A stretch of 64,000 nt of DNA from the NCBI RefSeq assembly GCF_006345805.1, contig NC_043000.1:121210001-121274000 (forward strand), written 5' to 3'. This document shows positions 1 through 12,386 of the stretch, one piece after another. The position numbers and the translations under genes are program-made. The notes under the pieces are model-generated. The model had not been told where the DNA came from. It made no database searches and saw only the letters and a list, made by a program, of their open reading frames with translations. Within the stretch, counting starts at the first letter, position 1, and each line of letters begins with the position of its first letter. The stretch is from Octopus sinensis. Taxonomy: Eukaryota.

Positions 1-95
1 AAATAGTTTAACAGGTAAATACAATTGAAAAGCTGGCAACGTATGATCACTGTAGACAGTAAAGTACAGATATTTCTGCCTCAAATTTATCTAGT

Positions 96-517
96 GGATC
101 TTTTTTGTTTGAACGGCAGTTTTTTCTAGCAGTGTCATATGAAATTGTCACCCATAATTATGACCCTAGTATCGATCTATTGCATTTCACTCTGTTTTAG
201 GGTTAGGGTTAGGGTTATGGGTGGAGGGAAAGGTATCTTTTTTTTCTTCACAAATGTAAATAAACCCAATCTGTTTTCTAAGCGAGGGACATATTCATAC
301 GGCACAGAATGTTATTTACCTCAATGGACGTCATTGATTGGGTGAAATTGCAGAAATGGAAGAAAAAACAACACATATCTTACAAACAATAGAATTTTCT
401 CAATAAAGCCAAGAGAAAAAGATGTTTTATAAACACATTCTACCAGTATACGAAGTTCAACATTTTTTAGTTACCTAGAAATTATGTTAAAAACTGCCGT
501 TCAAACCGAAAAGATCC
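96..517. mobile_element. MITE / non-autonomous DNA transposon with ~28-bp TIRs and internal (TTAGGG)n; copy 1
   Basis: Starts GGATCTTTTTTGTTTGAACGGCAGTTTT (96) and ends AAAACTGCCGTTCAAACCGAAAAGATCC (517). TTAGGG repeats at ~197-221. Colinear in reverse with 20552-21001. Flanks TATCTAGT/CATTTAGA could be a decayed 8-bp TSD. Confidence 0.85.
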
Positions 518-1121
518 CATTTAGAGCGTGAGGCCGTAGTTTATCTTCAGTATTCCAACTGTAACGTTAAGATTCCATTGCCACAACTATCCTCTTATCA
601 ACATTCGGATTTCATGGTTTAAATTCAGACGCGTAGAAGCGTAATTAAGATCAAAATCTTACAAAGTTGTTTGGTTTAAAGTTTCCACTTGGACAGTCTG
701 TAAGTTTTATTATTGTCATTATTTTCTTGACCAGTCTCCTGAACTCGTCCATCTTAAGCGAAATCGTTATTTGTATTGAATGAATACATTACGACTGAGT
801 TTGCATGCCTGTCACATTGTGACTGGCTGCCGTCTAACACACCACTGATTCAGTTATCAGAGTTACTGGAGATCAGTAAATATCTTCCCACTTCACTGAA
901 TAGTAATCGATTAGAGGCAAAAGAAGACGGTTTATTTCTCTTCATATTTACTACATTACTGCTAGCTATGATGCTTAAATTATATACGAGCGTATGTGTT
1001 GGTTGTGTTTATGTTTTTAAAATTATCTCCAGCAGAGAGGCATTTCCCAAAGTCGAAACAAAGCTCTTTCATTCAAAGTTAGGACACATCGGTTGCTGTA
1101 ACCATGTATATATGTATATAG

Positions 1122-1525
1122 GGCGGCGAGCTGGCAGAACGTTAGCACGCTGGGCGAAATGCGTAGCCGTATTTCATCTGCCGTTACGTTCAAATTCCGC
1201 TGAGGTCGACTTTGCCTTTCATCCTTTCGGGGTCGATTAAATAAGTACCAGTTACGCGCCGTGGTCGATATAATCGACTTAATCCGTGTGTCTGTCCTTG
1301 TTTGTCCCCTCTGTGTTTAGCCCCTTGTGGGTACTAAAGAAATAGGTATTTCGTCTGTCGTTACGTTCTGAGTTCAAATTCCGCCGAGGTCGACTTTGCC
1401 TTTCATCCTTTCGGGGTCGATAAATAAGTACCAGTTACGCGCTGGGTCGATATAATCAGCTTAATCCGTGTGTATGTCCTTGTTTGTCCCCACTATGTTT
1501 AGCCCCTTGTGGGTAGTAAAAAAAA
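1122..1525 (+). mobile_element. tRNA-related SINE family A, head-to-tail dimer (body+tail twice)
   Basis: Head GGCGGCGAGCTGGCAGAA; body GTTCAAATTCCGCCGAGGTCGACTTTGCCTTTCATCCTTTCGGGGTCGAT occurs twice (~1188-1237, ~1372-1420), each followed by the tail TGTCCTTGTTTGTCCCC...AGCCCCTTGTGGGTA. Confidence 0.85.
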
Positions 1526-1859
1526 TGCATATATGTATGTATTTGCATATGTATATATATATATGTTCCTACTTATACCATTGCATACGTGAGTATGTAA
1601 TATTTTAGGTATGTATATATGCATACACAAATGTGTGTGTGCGTTCAGACAGTTGTATTTTACATATTTTTATTCTATTAACGACTTATAGTTGTAATTA
1701 TTATATTACCTGTCTGCTTTCGGTTTTAAAAAACTATAGCTTAAGAGATTTATTGTGTTAATTTATAATCAGGTGTATTTCCATATGTATTTGCATATGT
1801 ATATATATATGTATATATGTATACATATATTATATATATATATATATTATATATAATAT

Positions 1860-1905
<46 letters not shown>

Positions 1906-2057
1906 ATGTATATATATATATGTATTTGCATATGCATTTATATCTTCCTACATATACCATTGCATATGTAATATTTTAGATATGTATATATGCATATACA
2001 AATGTGTGTGTATGTCTAGACAGTTGTATTTTACGTATTTTATATTCTATTAACGTC
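1526..2057. repeat. Local diverged direct duplication (~150 bp) around a (TA)n tract
   Basis: 1526-1685 aligns with 1921-2057 (TTCCTAC.TATACCATTGCATA...AGACAGTTGTATTTTAC.TATTT); (TA)n at ~1795-1925. Confidence 0.75.
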
Positions 2058-2557
2058 TTCATTGTCGAATACACAGGATGATAGTGAAGGAAAAATGTGA
2101 ACCCAGGAAGTAAACACCACTTTCTTCTCCCTTTTACGTAACCAACTCCGAGAGATTGGTTGTTGAGTACGGAGGTTTTCATTTGTAGGAATATGATAAA
2201 TGTCGTTGCATAAACGAGACTTGCCTAGATCATCGAAGCCTAAGAATTGCTTTCTAAAATGTATTTATTATTGTATTTTTTCCTTTCATCTATTATTGAA
2301 TTTATTATTGTTCTTCGTTGTGTAATTGCGTCTTCAGGTTAATGTTAACACGCGGTTATTTGATAAATTTATATACCCTTAATCTATTTCATATATCTCC
2401 GTATATATCGCTTATCACTCTCAACATGAAGATTATGGACCTATGGACATTTCATCCATCTTAGAAAAGAATGGTCTGTCTTGAACCGAGACGTTTAAAA
2501 GTAGAAATATTACATTTTTAAATATCTCAGAGAGATATAAACAGTAGTGGTACGATA

Positions 2558-2966
2558 GAGTAGTTGTTTACTGTCAACTTAATGTGACAGTCCCATGAAG
2601 AGTATCACACCATTGTTATTTAGCCCTTGGAAGCATCAACGCTTCCTGTCGGCCTTGACACATTTGCTGTGTCCTTATGTTTACAAGGGAATTACAAGCA
2701 CCCCCACCCAGCTAAACCTGCATCTAGAGACTAGTTTCTGAGTCTTGCTCGTCATCAGTCTGGATATGCATGGTCTGCTAGCTGGACATGCTTGTCTAGG
2801 TCTTGTAAACATATAAGAATTCTAATGAAATAATTCCACTGATTACAAATAACACAGGAAATGTGTCAAGGCCGACAGGAATCGCTGATGCTTCCTAGGG
2901 CTAAATAGCAGGGGTGTGATTCCCTTCATGGGACTGTCACATTAAATTGACAGTATACAACTGCTC
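2558..2966. repeat. Inverted repeat with ~115-bp arms (2558-2672 / 2852-2966) enclosing a hammerhead motif
   Basis: Left TGTGACAGTCCCATGAAG...CCTGTCGGCCTTGACACATTT is the reverse complement of right AAATGTGTCAAGGCCGACAGG...CTTCATGGGACTGTCACA; roughly 85-90% identity by eye. Confidence 0.9.
2721..2767 (-). ncRNA. Minimal type I hammerhead ribozyme motif (Penelope-like/retrozyme type)
   Basis: Minus strand: atatccAGA-CUGAUGA-c-GAG caaga CUC-a-GAAA-CUAG-UC|UCUagaug. Intact core, palindromic stem III (ACUAGU), GUC cleavage triplet, stem I of 3 bp + mismatch + 4 bp. The stem II closing pair is a C.A mismatch. Confidence 0.65.
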
Positions 2967-3607
2967 TTTTAAAAATATGTTGTCTTGAAACATTTTAAAA
3001 TGCATGTCTGTCATGTATTAATATATTCTTCTCACTGCCGTGCTTTAATGTTTTAGCTACCGTTATAATTAAGGATAGCTAAGGATAGTAATATAGTGAG
3101 AGAACGAGTAAATTTGAAATAACATATGGAATTATCTTAGCCGAGAGCAAACAAATCTATGTGCTGTAGAAATATTTCAAGAAGATTTTTATTTATGATC
3201 CTGAATCGATGAATAAATTCTCAACCATGATCACTGCTCTTGTGCTCAACAAATACTACTTGTCAATGTTTTTCTTTGAAATATTTTACCTCTAAGTGCT
3301 ATTTGCTTTTACCATTTTACAGGAGAGAAATCATTACCGAATTTATAATTCAAAGAAAAATATAATTAAAATTGTTGATTTCGTCTGTAACGAAAACCAA
3401 TACGATTCTCTCTACTATTTTCAGTGACGTTCCTCTTCGGCTGGTCTTTGTTGTACATTCTCACACATCTAGTCATATTTAGTGAAGCAGTTCTCTACAT
3501 CAAGAATTCAAGTTATAGAATGATATTACAAAGACTTTGAATGCAACTTCGTTCAAAGTTTGTGTTCAGTATAATAGCCAGTATTTGAACAAGTTGTGAA
3601 GATGTAC

Positions 3608-3873
3608 GTGGAGGCACACGGCCTAGTAATTAGAGCAATGGACTTGCGGTCGAGGGATCGTGGCTTCGAATCTCAAACCGGGTGATGTCTGCGATTATGA
3701 GCGAAACACCTAAGCTCCACATGGTTCCGGCAGAAGGTAATGGAGAACTTCTGCTGACTCTTTCATCACTACATTCTCTCACTCTTTCCTTGGGCATCTT
3801 GAAGCTCACCTGCCAAGGAAACCGGGAAACCGGCCCTTATGAGCCAGCCGTGGCTCGAGAAGGAACAAACAAC
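3608..3873 (+). mobile_element. tRNA-derived SINE family B
   Basis: Head GTGGAGGCACACGGCCTAGT (A-box-like) and CTTCGAATC (B-box-like); tail GAAACCGGGAAACCGGCCCTTATGAG...GAAGGAACAAAC shared with 28302-28603. Confidence 0.85.
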
Positions 3874-5392
3874 ATGAAGATGTAGAATAAATGTTCAACG
3901 AACAGTCAACCACCCAAGAATGAGTCCACACGCGTCAAGCATATATGCATGTGCATGTGTGCATGAAGGTATTACTTTTATGAATATTTGCTTACATGGT
4001 TTTATTAGCTGATTTTTTCTGTGGGTAGACTTCTCCAAAATGACACACGTATTGTTTATGTTTCCTCTAGATGCGACTGAGACAAAACCTAGATAATTAA
4101 AGAAGAAACCTCTACTGTAGAGAATACCACAGTACATTTATGGCACATGTAATTATTAGAAGCCATTCCCACCAATAAACAGTTTGTAATTTACGATTGC
4201 AGATATGTTTTTACTATCTACGCTCTAATTTTCATAGTTCCCCATAAACTACACGTGTATATATTCTATACGTGTGTATATATTTGGATTATAGAACGGT
4301 ATCACTTTAGTGGTCCTCATTATTAATGCACACGTTTACGGTTCACATCAAATTTTGCATTAAATTGGAACACATTTGTGTAATAAATAAATGATTAATT
4401 TGGACACAAAGACAGTAATTTCATTCATTTATAAGATTTTAATATTCCTGAAGGTCAAGCTTTGCTTCCGCAATATATTAAAAGAGATTGTAGCTTACCC
4501 AAATACCCATCATAGACACTCAACCATTTCAGCCACTCCTTAGCTATCACAACAATCTAACCTATATTAGCGGCGGTGATGGAGTAGTTGGTGAGTGGGA
4601 CTCTAACGGTTTTGCCAAGTCGCTATTCTTTGTTTGTCTGCATGGAAGAATGTGATATATATATGTTAGCACTGATAAAACCAGTAAAAATATATTCAAA
4701 AGTTGTTCAATCTATGCATTATTTAACAAAAAGACATAAAATAAATATAATTATTTCAATTGTGAATCAATTGTAAACAATCCACATCGATTTTCTATAA
4801 AATCGCATTGCTCTCTTTCAACTCTACGATATCTTTGATTACGCATAATATATGGTTATCATTACAGAGAACAATGTTTGAAAGAATAATTACATGCTTT
4901 AAAAGTAATTTCGGAGGGAGGAATCATTTAGATATCATTACATTAAAAGATAAAATACAACAGAAAAATTTATGGCAAAACATTCTACGTTGAGTAAAAG
5001 ACAATTGGTAATTTTAGTAGTTGGCAAATAAGAGATATTATATTCTGCTTGAGTGCATAATGAAGTATTTTATCGCAAACTAAAAGTACTATATATTTTA
5101 ATGTATTGCATTTCATGTTTATCATCTAGAGATATGGTGGCATTAGTACCTTAGTTACTATGCTACTTTGCAATTTAAAGATATGTAATTACATAATTTA
5201 TGATGTACGCGATGCTCTTCTAACAAACCGTAGAAGCAGTAACAAAAATATAAGAACTAGTTAGTTGGTTGTCCAATTACAGATACAAAGTAGAGAATAA
5301 AAGACAAACATGTTTGAAGTAAACTGCCCCCAACTACGACGGAAGGTTGTAAGTAAAAAAAAACCAAGAAACTGAGATAATTGTAAGAAGCA

Positions 5393-5441
<49 letters not shown>

Positions 5442-6849
5442 TATATATATATATCTACTGTTTTTAAGACTTGATGTGTGTCACAATTGCTGTATAACGA
5501 AAAGTTGAAATTTTTGCAAGATCTTATCGTTTAGCATATATGGGTCATGGTCCAAAGAGTGCAAACACCCATTCTCTGACAAAACACAATACACAATGGT
5601 TTCGTACATTTTTTAGTAAATCCAAGAGAAAGAAGGCCTCGAATGAGTTCAGTATGATTTGAAGTCAAACTGCATATAGATTGAGAGAAAAAGTGTGCAG
5701 GATGGCGGATTTGGGAAAACAGTATACCCGGTATTCATAAATATATTTCTGTCTGTACATGTTTACATACATGCATATACCTACACACAGAATAGGTCTC
5801 TGACTCTCTGTCTTGGTATGTTTGTTTGTCAGTCCGTATGTCTCTGTCTCTTAATCTATGTAAGTATAGAAGTTAAACAAAGTATGTAAGGTGTTACCTA
5901 TAAATAAAACCAAAGTTATTGAATTATCTTCCGTAAGATGTTTAATGCTTCTATTAAATTTCGGGAAACTTTGGCCTTGTCAAATACAGGATACAAAATA
6001 GTCGAAGACTTTGGAGTGTAGCCGAAGTGTTATTATAGGATGATCTTACCGGTGTGCTGATTATAAAGTGTTCGAATGTTGAAATCTATTTATGACTGAA
6101 AAAAGTTTTGATTCTATAGTTACAATATGTGCATGGATTAGAATGCGTATGCCAACGAGTGTGTTTCAGACATTTCTATGATTCTGGTTATGAATAAAAT
6201 TACGAGGCAGGTTTTCAACATATAGTATTCATAATGTGGCCATTCTTTTAGCATATCTTCAATAGAATGTATTGTAATATCTCAGAAAATATCTTTTATA
6301 TGAAATTATTATATGAAAACCACCCCTAACCCAGCGTAGTATATTATAACCCTGTTGTTCGGATGAATCGCATCATGTTATTGAACATGCCACAGAGTAA
6401 AGGTGGAAGGTTGAAATGTAACGAAAGATATTCTTTATCTATTGTATTTCAAAGAATTTTGGGTTAATCCAACTTCATGGACAAACAAGATGAACACATG
6501 ACAGCTGATTCTAAGAGGCTGTATTGGATTAACTAGAAAGGGTTTATAGTTACAATTATCCGGCAAAATCATGTAAGCGCATTCATTCGAAAAGGAAAGA
6601 TTTTCTGGCTATGCTGACTTGCACGAATACTGAATTTCTATCCACACACATTTAAACACATACGCACAGATATACACGTATCAACATACATGCTTATTTT
6701 CACGTATTTATATACATACACATAGACATGTCGCTGAAACACGCGAAGTTATTCATAAATATATCTAAGATGTGTATTCGCAGATGAATAGGATTTAGAT
6801 AAATATAGACTTCTTAACAAAAAGAAGATAAATTCGAATATATATTTGT

Positions 6850-7058
6850 TTGAAATTTTGGCACAAGGCCAGCAGTTTTGGGGGAGGGGTTAATTCGATT
6901 ACATCGACCCCACTGTTTAACGAGCTTTTATCTTATGGACTTCGAAATGATGAAGGGCAACGTCAGCCTCGGCGTAATTTGAACTCAAAATGTAAAAACA
7001 GATGAAATGCCGTTAAGTAATTTACCCAGAGTGCTAATGTCTCTGCCAGCTCACAGCC
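6850..7058 (-). mobile_element. SINE family A, diverged copy with alternative (A2) tail
   Basis: Reverse complement matches the family A head (CTGGCAGAGACATTAGCAC) and body (GAGTTCAAATTACGCCGAGG); tail CCCCTCCCCCAAAACTGCTGGCCTTGTGCC. Confidence 0.75.
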
Positions 7059-7126
7059 GCATGTCAATGCATATTCTTTCAACAACCGCCTCTATATTCA
7101 GTTTTACACTGCGTACAACAAGGAAA

Positions 7127-7430
7127 GTGGAGGCGCAATTGCCCAGTGTTTAGGGCAGCGAACTCGCGGTCGAAGGATCGCGGTTTCGATTCCCAGACTG
7201 GGCGTTGTGTGTGTTTATCGCACGAAAAAAAGCTCCACGAGGCTCTGGCAGGGGATGGTGGCGACCCCTGTTGTACTCTTTTGCTCCAACTTTCTCTCAC
7301 TCTTTCTTCCTGTTTCTTGAGTAACGCTGCGATGGACTGGCGCGCCGTCCAACTGGGGAACACATACGACATAGAAACCGAGAAACCGGGCCCATGAGTT
7401 CTGGCTAGGCTTGAATAGGGCGCATAAAAA
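7127..7430 (+). mobile_element. tRNA-derived SINE family B variant
   Basis: GTGGAGGCGC head, GGTTTCGATTCC B-box, GAGTAACGCTGCGATGGACTGGCG...GAAACCGAGAAACCGGGCCCATGAG tail. Confidence 0.8.
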
Positions 7431-7810
7431 CCAAGGAAAAATTAGGAAACTGTATAGAGCGCAAGTCTTCGACTCTTCCAAATGCTAATGGCGATTATAC
7501 ACACAAAGATACTGGATAGTATAAACATAGTTTCGTAACTTATTATGAATGTAAAGAAAAGTAAGAAAAAAATCCCTGTTTCAATAATTAATTAGGGCAC
7601 AACTTTTTCAAAAATTATGTTTAATTCAATTTAGAATTTGTAAAAATTCATTTATAATTATATTTAAACATGTTAATAGGTGTTAAGCTGCAACTGAGTG
7701 GAAACAGTTTTCGTAATTACATAGAGTATAATATTAAAGGTATATATATGTATATATATATATATGAATGTGTGGTGACGCAGATAGTTATGTATGTATA
7801 TATGTATGCA

Positions 7811-8177
<367 letters not shown>

Positions 8178-8178
8178 C

Positions 8179-8245
<67 letters not shown>

Positions 8246-8544
8246 TGTGTGTGTGTATGTGGTTGTGTGTGTATGTATATATATTTTAGCAAGAAATAAA
8301 CTTTTATTATGACAGGAAATCGGTGATATGAAAGTATGTCTGAGGGACATCGTATTTACAATTATGATTTTACTGATCATTACTAAATCCGAGTGAGTCC
8401 TATAAAAACATATCTTTTTGTCTGAATGTCTCAGATAGACGTGCACTTTAAAAAAACAGTATTGTATTTCTATATTTTGATAGCGAATTTCATTTCAAAG
8501 AAAGCCTATTTTTGGATATCCCCGCCCTCTCTCTTACCTTACAC

Positions 8545-8581
8545 TCTGTATATTATATATACATATATATATACATATATT

Positions 8582-8625
<44 letters not shown>

Positions 8626-8696
8626 ACAATATTTATATATATATATATATACATATATTTATATATATTATATATATATATATATATACATATATT

Positions 8697-8730
<34 letters not shown>

Positions 8731-8853
8731 ACATATACTATATATGTATATATATATATAATAAATAGTATATATATATATATATATAAATATATGTATA
8801 TATATATATATAAATATATGTATTATATATACTTATATATAAACTTATATATA

Positions 8854-8892
<39 letters not shown>

Positions 8893-8995
8893 TTATATAT
8901 ATATATATATACATATATTATATATATATTATATATTGATAGATAATATAGATTTATATGCATATAAATATACATGCATATATACATATACATAT
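8545..8995. repeat. Long degenerate (TA)n array
   Basis: Direct reading; source of the YIYI pseudo-ORFs. Confidence 0.95.
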
Positions 8996-9735
8996 ATGTG
9001 TGTGTGTAAGTATATCACTGAATATCTATTCACGAAAGGAGATTCATTTGTTCAGCAATTTTTGAATGGCTAGTCAAAGGCACTGCATGGAGCACCTTGG
9101 ATATAACATTTTTTTTTTCATATTCCTCCTCCATATCTTATATTTTAATACATTATTGGGTACCCGTAAGGCATTGCACATAATTATGACTTCAATATTA
9201 CCCAACTATTGAGTTTACTCCACAGGAGGCGAACAGTGTCTTTTGACAATTTCTCGAAGCTTTTCTCTTATATTGATATGTTGATATATATATATATATA
9301 TATATATATCATAACCCTACCGATTTCTTTCTTTTCTCTTCTAGGGGTTTATTTTCTTGAATGAATTGTTCTTTCTGCCTGTTCGGTTTGGTGGCTCAAG
9401 CATTTCGCAACTGTCTGTATATGCATAATTAAGAAAGCGTAGGGAAATCACGATTACATCTAGGACTCCCTGCATGCTTGCACATTATGACGCCAGCAAA
9501 AAATTCAAACAATATTTCCCTTCAGCGTAATAAAATATAATTTGTGTTCAGTTTATTGTAGTTTTAGATGAGGCATCGTTGTGCACTAATTGTTACAATT
9601 TTTCCTACTTTAGTAAAGATATATATATATATACATGGTAAATCCCCCCAAAACGAAGAACAAACAAGAAAAAACAACGCGAGGTCTTGGTAGATGCAAA
9701 GTGTTAGCACACGCTCAGGGGATGAAAGAGGTGGT

Positions 9736-9764
9736 TTTACGTTTCGAGCAAAGCTCTTCAGAAA
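9736..9764 (-). ncRNA. Minimal hammerhead motif in a family-D-related element (~9630-9780)
   Basis: Minus strand: cUUU-CUGAAGA-G cuuugcu C-GAAA-CG-UA|AAAc. Intact core, 1-bp stem II, palindromic ACGU stem III, 3-bp stem I. Confidence 0.5.
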
Positions 9765-9774
9765 GAAGAGAAAG

Positions 9775-9827
<53 letters not shown>

Positions 9828-9923
9828 GTCCTGTAGAAGCTCCTTCTATAAAATAAATTAATTTACTCTGCTATGTATTGAGTACCTTATTTACTGTGGT
9901 TAACCCCGACTCAACCCGGGACC

Positions 9924-9970
<47 letters not shown>

Positions 9971-10107
9971 TATTATAAATATAATAAAAATGTCAAGGTA
10001 GAAAATGCTAAAATAATTTTTAAAAAAAGATTTCAGTACCGGTTTCACTCATTGAGACTTTTTCAACTATAAGTATGGAAAACAATTACATTTTGGGAAA
10101 ATTAAAA

Positions 10108-10266
10108 GAAAATTTTTAATAGAATATTTGCATAGTTTTCAAGAGCAAGTGGCATTTTCATTGTTTCCGCCTGTTTCTGTCTCTCATACTTACTCTTGTG
10201 GGCTCCAGGTCGTTGTGAATTCTTGGTAGGGAATACGAAGAAGAAGAAGAAGAAGAAGAAGAAGAA

Positions 10267-10297
<31 letters not shown>

Positions 10298-10682
10298 AAG
10301 AAGAAGAAGAAGAAGAAGAAGAAGAAGAATGAGTGTGTGCCACGATGGTAGTATGCTAAATGGTCGAGTGACCTGAAAGTGACCGGTTGTGGATGGTAGT
10401 ACTGACTGAATTCCTGAAACATCACTTTTGAAAGTGTCGTTTATAACATACTACTATCATGGCACTCCCGCATTCTTCTTCTTTTTCTTCTTCTTCTTCT
10501 TCTTCTTCTTCTTTTCTTCCCCTTCTACTCCTTCTCTTTCTTTTTCTTCCTCCTCCTCCATACCAATAATTCACAACGACCTCGAACCCACAAGAATAAA
10601 CAAGAGAGACAGAGACAGGCAGAAACAAGGAAAATGCCACTTGTATTTGAACACTATGCGAATATTCTTAAAAATTTTTTTT
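10108..10682. repeat. Inverted duplication (~250-bp arms: 10108-10358 / 10444-10682), each arm containing a (GAA)n/(TTC)n tract
   Basis: CAAGTGGCATTTTC...GGTCGTTGTGAATT..TGGTA is the reverse complement of TACCA..AATTCACAACGACC...GAAAATGCCACTTG; roughly 80% identity by eye. Confidence 0.85.
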
Positions 10683-10982
10683 TTTTTATTTTTCAAAAAT
10701 TCATTGTTTTCCATACTCGTGAGTTCTGTTTCAACCTTCTACACACACACACACACCACACACACATTTATATATATATATACACACACGTACATATATG
10801 TATTCCTTATCATGAGAATTTACTGCGACGGCAATTAACTCCCTTCCTTGGTTAATGGCCCTCTCCCAATATATTAAGAAGTTTATATCTTCATCTGTTG
10901 ACCTCAGTGGTAATTGTCCTGGGGGGTTATTTCCATGAGGGGTAAATGTCCTAGCCTCCTGTATACATATGCGTGTGTGTGA

Positions 10983-11019
<37 letters not shown>

Positions 11020-12168
11020 CAAGTATGTGTGTGCGGGTGTGTGAGTGTGTGAGTGTGTGTGTTTATTATTTTACGTGTATCCCACAGTGCTTATTATTTT
11101 GAAATCGTTTTGTTTGCGTTTCTTGAAAATCGCTTTTTTCTGTATGAAACGCTTCACGCTTTGGTAGATTCGCTTGCCTCTTTGAACATGAAATCAAAAT
11201 ATGAAATGCAGCACATTTTGTTCCGTTTCAACAGCGTTGCATATTCGGGACAACGAATACAATAAAACAAGTTCTTTTTTTCTTTCTTTCTTGCTACGAT
11301 GAACAGACATGTCTCAGAATATAATTACTCACTTCTTTCAGAAACATTTTCCTACATAAAATCAGATAAACTTTTCAATGCGTTAAGAAAATTCAGTCTT
11401 AACTCGACAGATTGACATTTCTTATTTCGTAGCTGCAGAAAAAAAGGAATAACGTAACTGATTACCACAACAACACCATAATTGTATTAACGGTGAAAAA
11501 ACGAATATTTCTTGAACACCACTACATATGACGTTCACAGACATACTTACCCCTACACCATATTCAGTAATACAGAAATAAATTAGTATGAGTGGATTGT
11601 CAGCACTCAAGATTTATAGATGTAATATGATAGGATAAGCAGGGATTTAAATAGAAATGTGATAAATTATATATTTTTTCACTATTGTGATCAACTTTCA
11701 TTTACGTTAAGATAATCTACAAAATCTTAAACCAGCCATTTTCAATAAGAATTTGAGAGATGATGATGATGATGATGCCATTACCAATATAATTTGAATA
11801 TAAATATTCTGTTAATCCGTAGAAATATATTTTCTTCATACATATGTGCCTCTTATATTTGTACATCCTCTCTCAAAATTTACAATTTATATGGTTTACA
11901 ATTCCGTTTTACTCCCACGCTCCTCCTTATGCTCGTTTCAATAGCGATATTCATCTTACGCCTGAGTGTTGCTGCTCTATTTTGTTGTTCCGTTCAAATC
12001 TCAACCAATCTTGTTGTTCTTGTTCTACCGTGCCATTCTTTGATATATTCGGAATTAATTGTTTGATACATTTTACTTTTCGATTTGTAATTCGCACTTT
12101 TTATCGAAATTTTGATTGCATTGATCTTGTATTTGTTGTGTTCAAACTTTTCTTATGGGACTTTATTT

Positions 12169-12386
12169 ACATTATTTACATTCGACCGATATTTGTCCTC
12201 ATCATCGAATGTAAATAATGTACATAATTCCTCATCTCTTAAATATAGAACTGTATAATCTTATCGGTACGCAGTCGACATTAGGTTTCAGTGGAGTGTT
12301 AACAAAAACAAGATGAGGACAAATATCCGTCGAATATAAATAATGTAAATAATGTAATTCCTCATCTCTTAAATATAGAACTGTAT
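12169..12386. repeat. Short inverted-plus-direct duplication of a repeat end
   Basis: 12169-12203 (ACATTATTTACATTCGACCGATATTTGTCCTCATC) is inverted against ~12312-12345. AATTCCTCATCTCTTAAATATAGAACTGTAT is repeated directly at ~12226 and ~12356. Confidence 0.75.

Noticed and set aside
551-699. AG...GTAAGT-bounded candidate exon
   Set aside because: Stops in all three frames.
4499-4637. Minus-strand candidate exon with good splice signals
   Set aside because: Stops in all three frames.
10908-10955. GGTAATTGTCCTGGGGGG / GGGGTAAATGTCCT repeated motif
   Set aside because: Only two short copies with no definable element boundaries.
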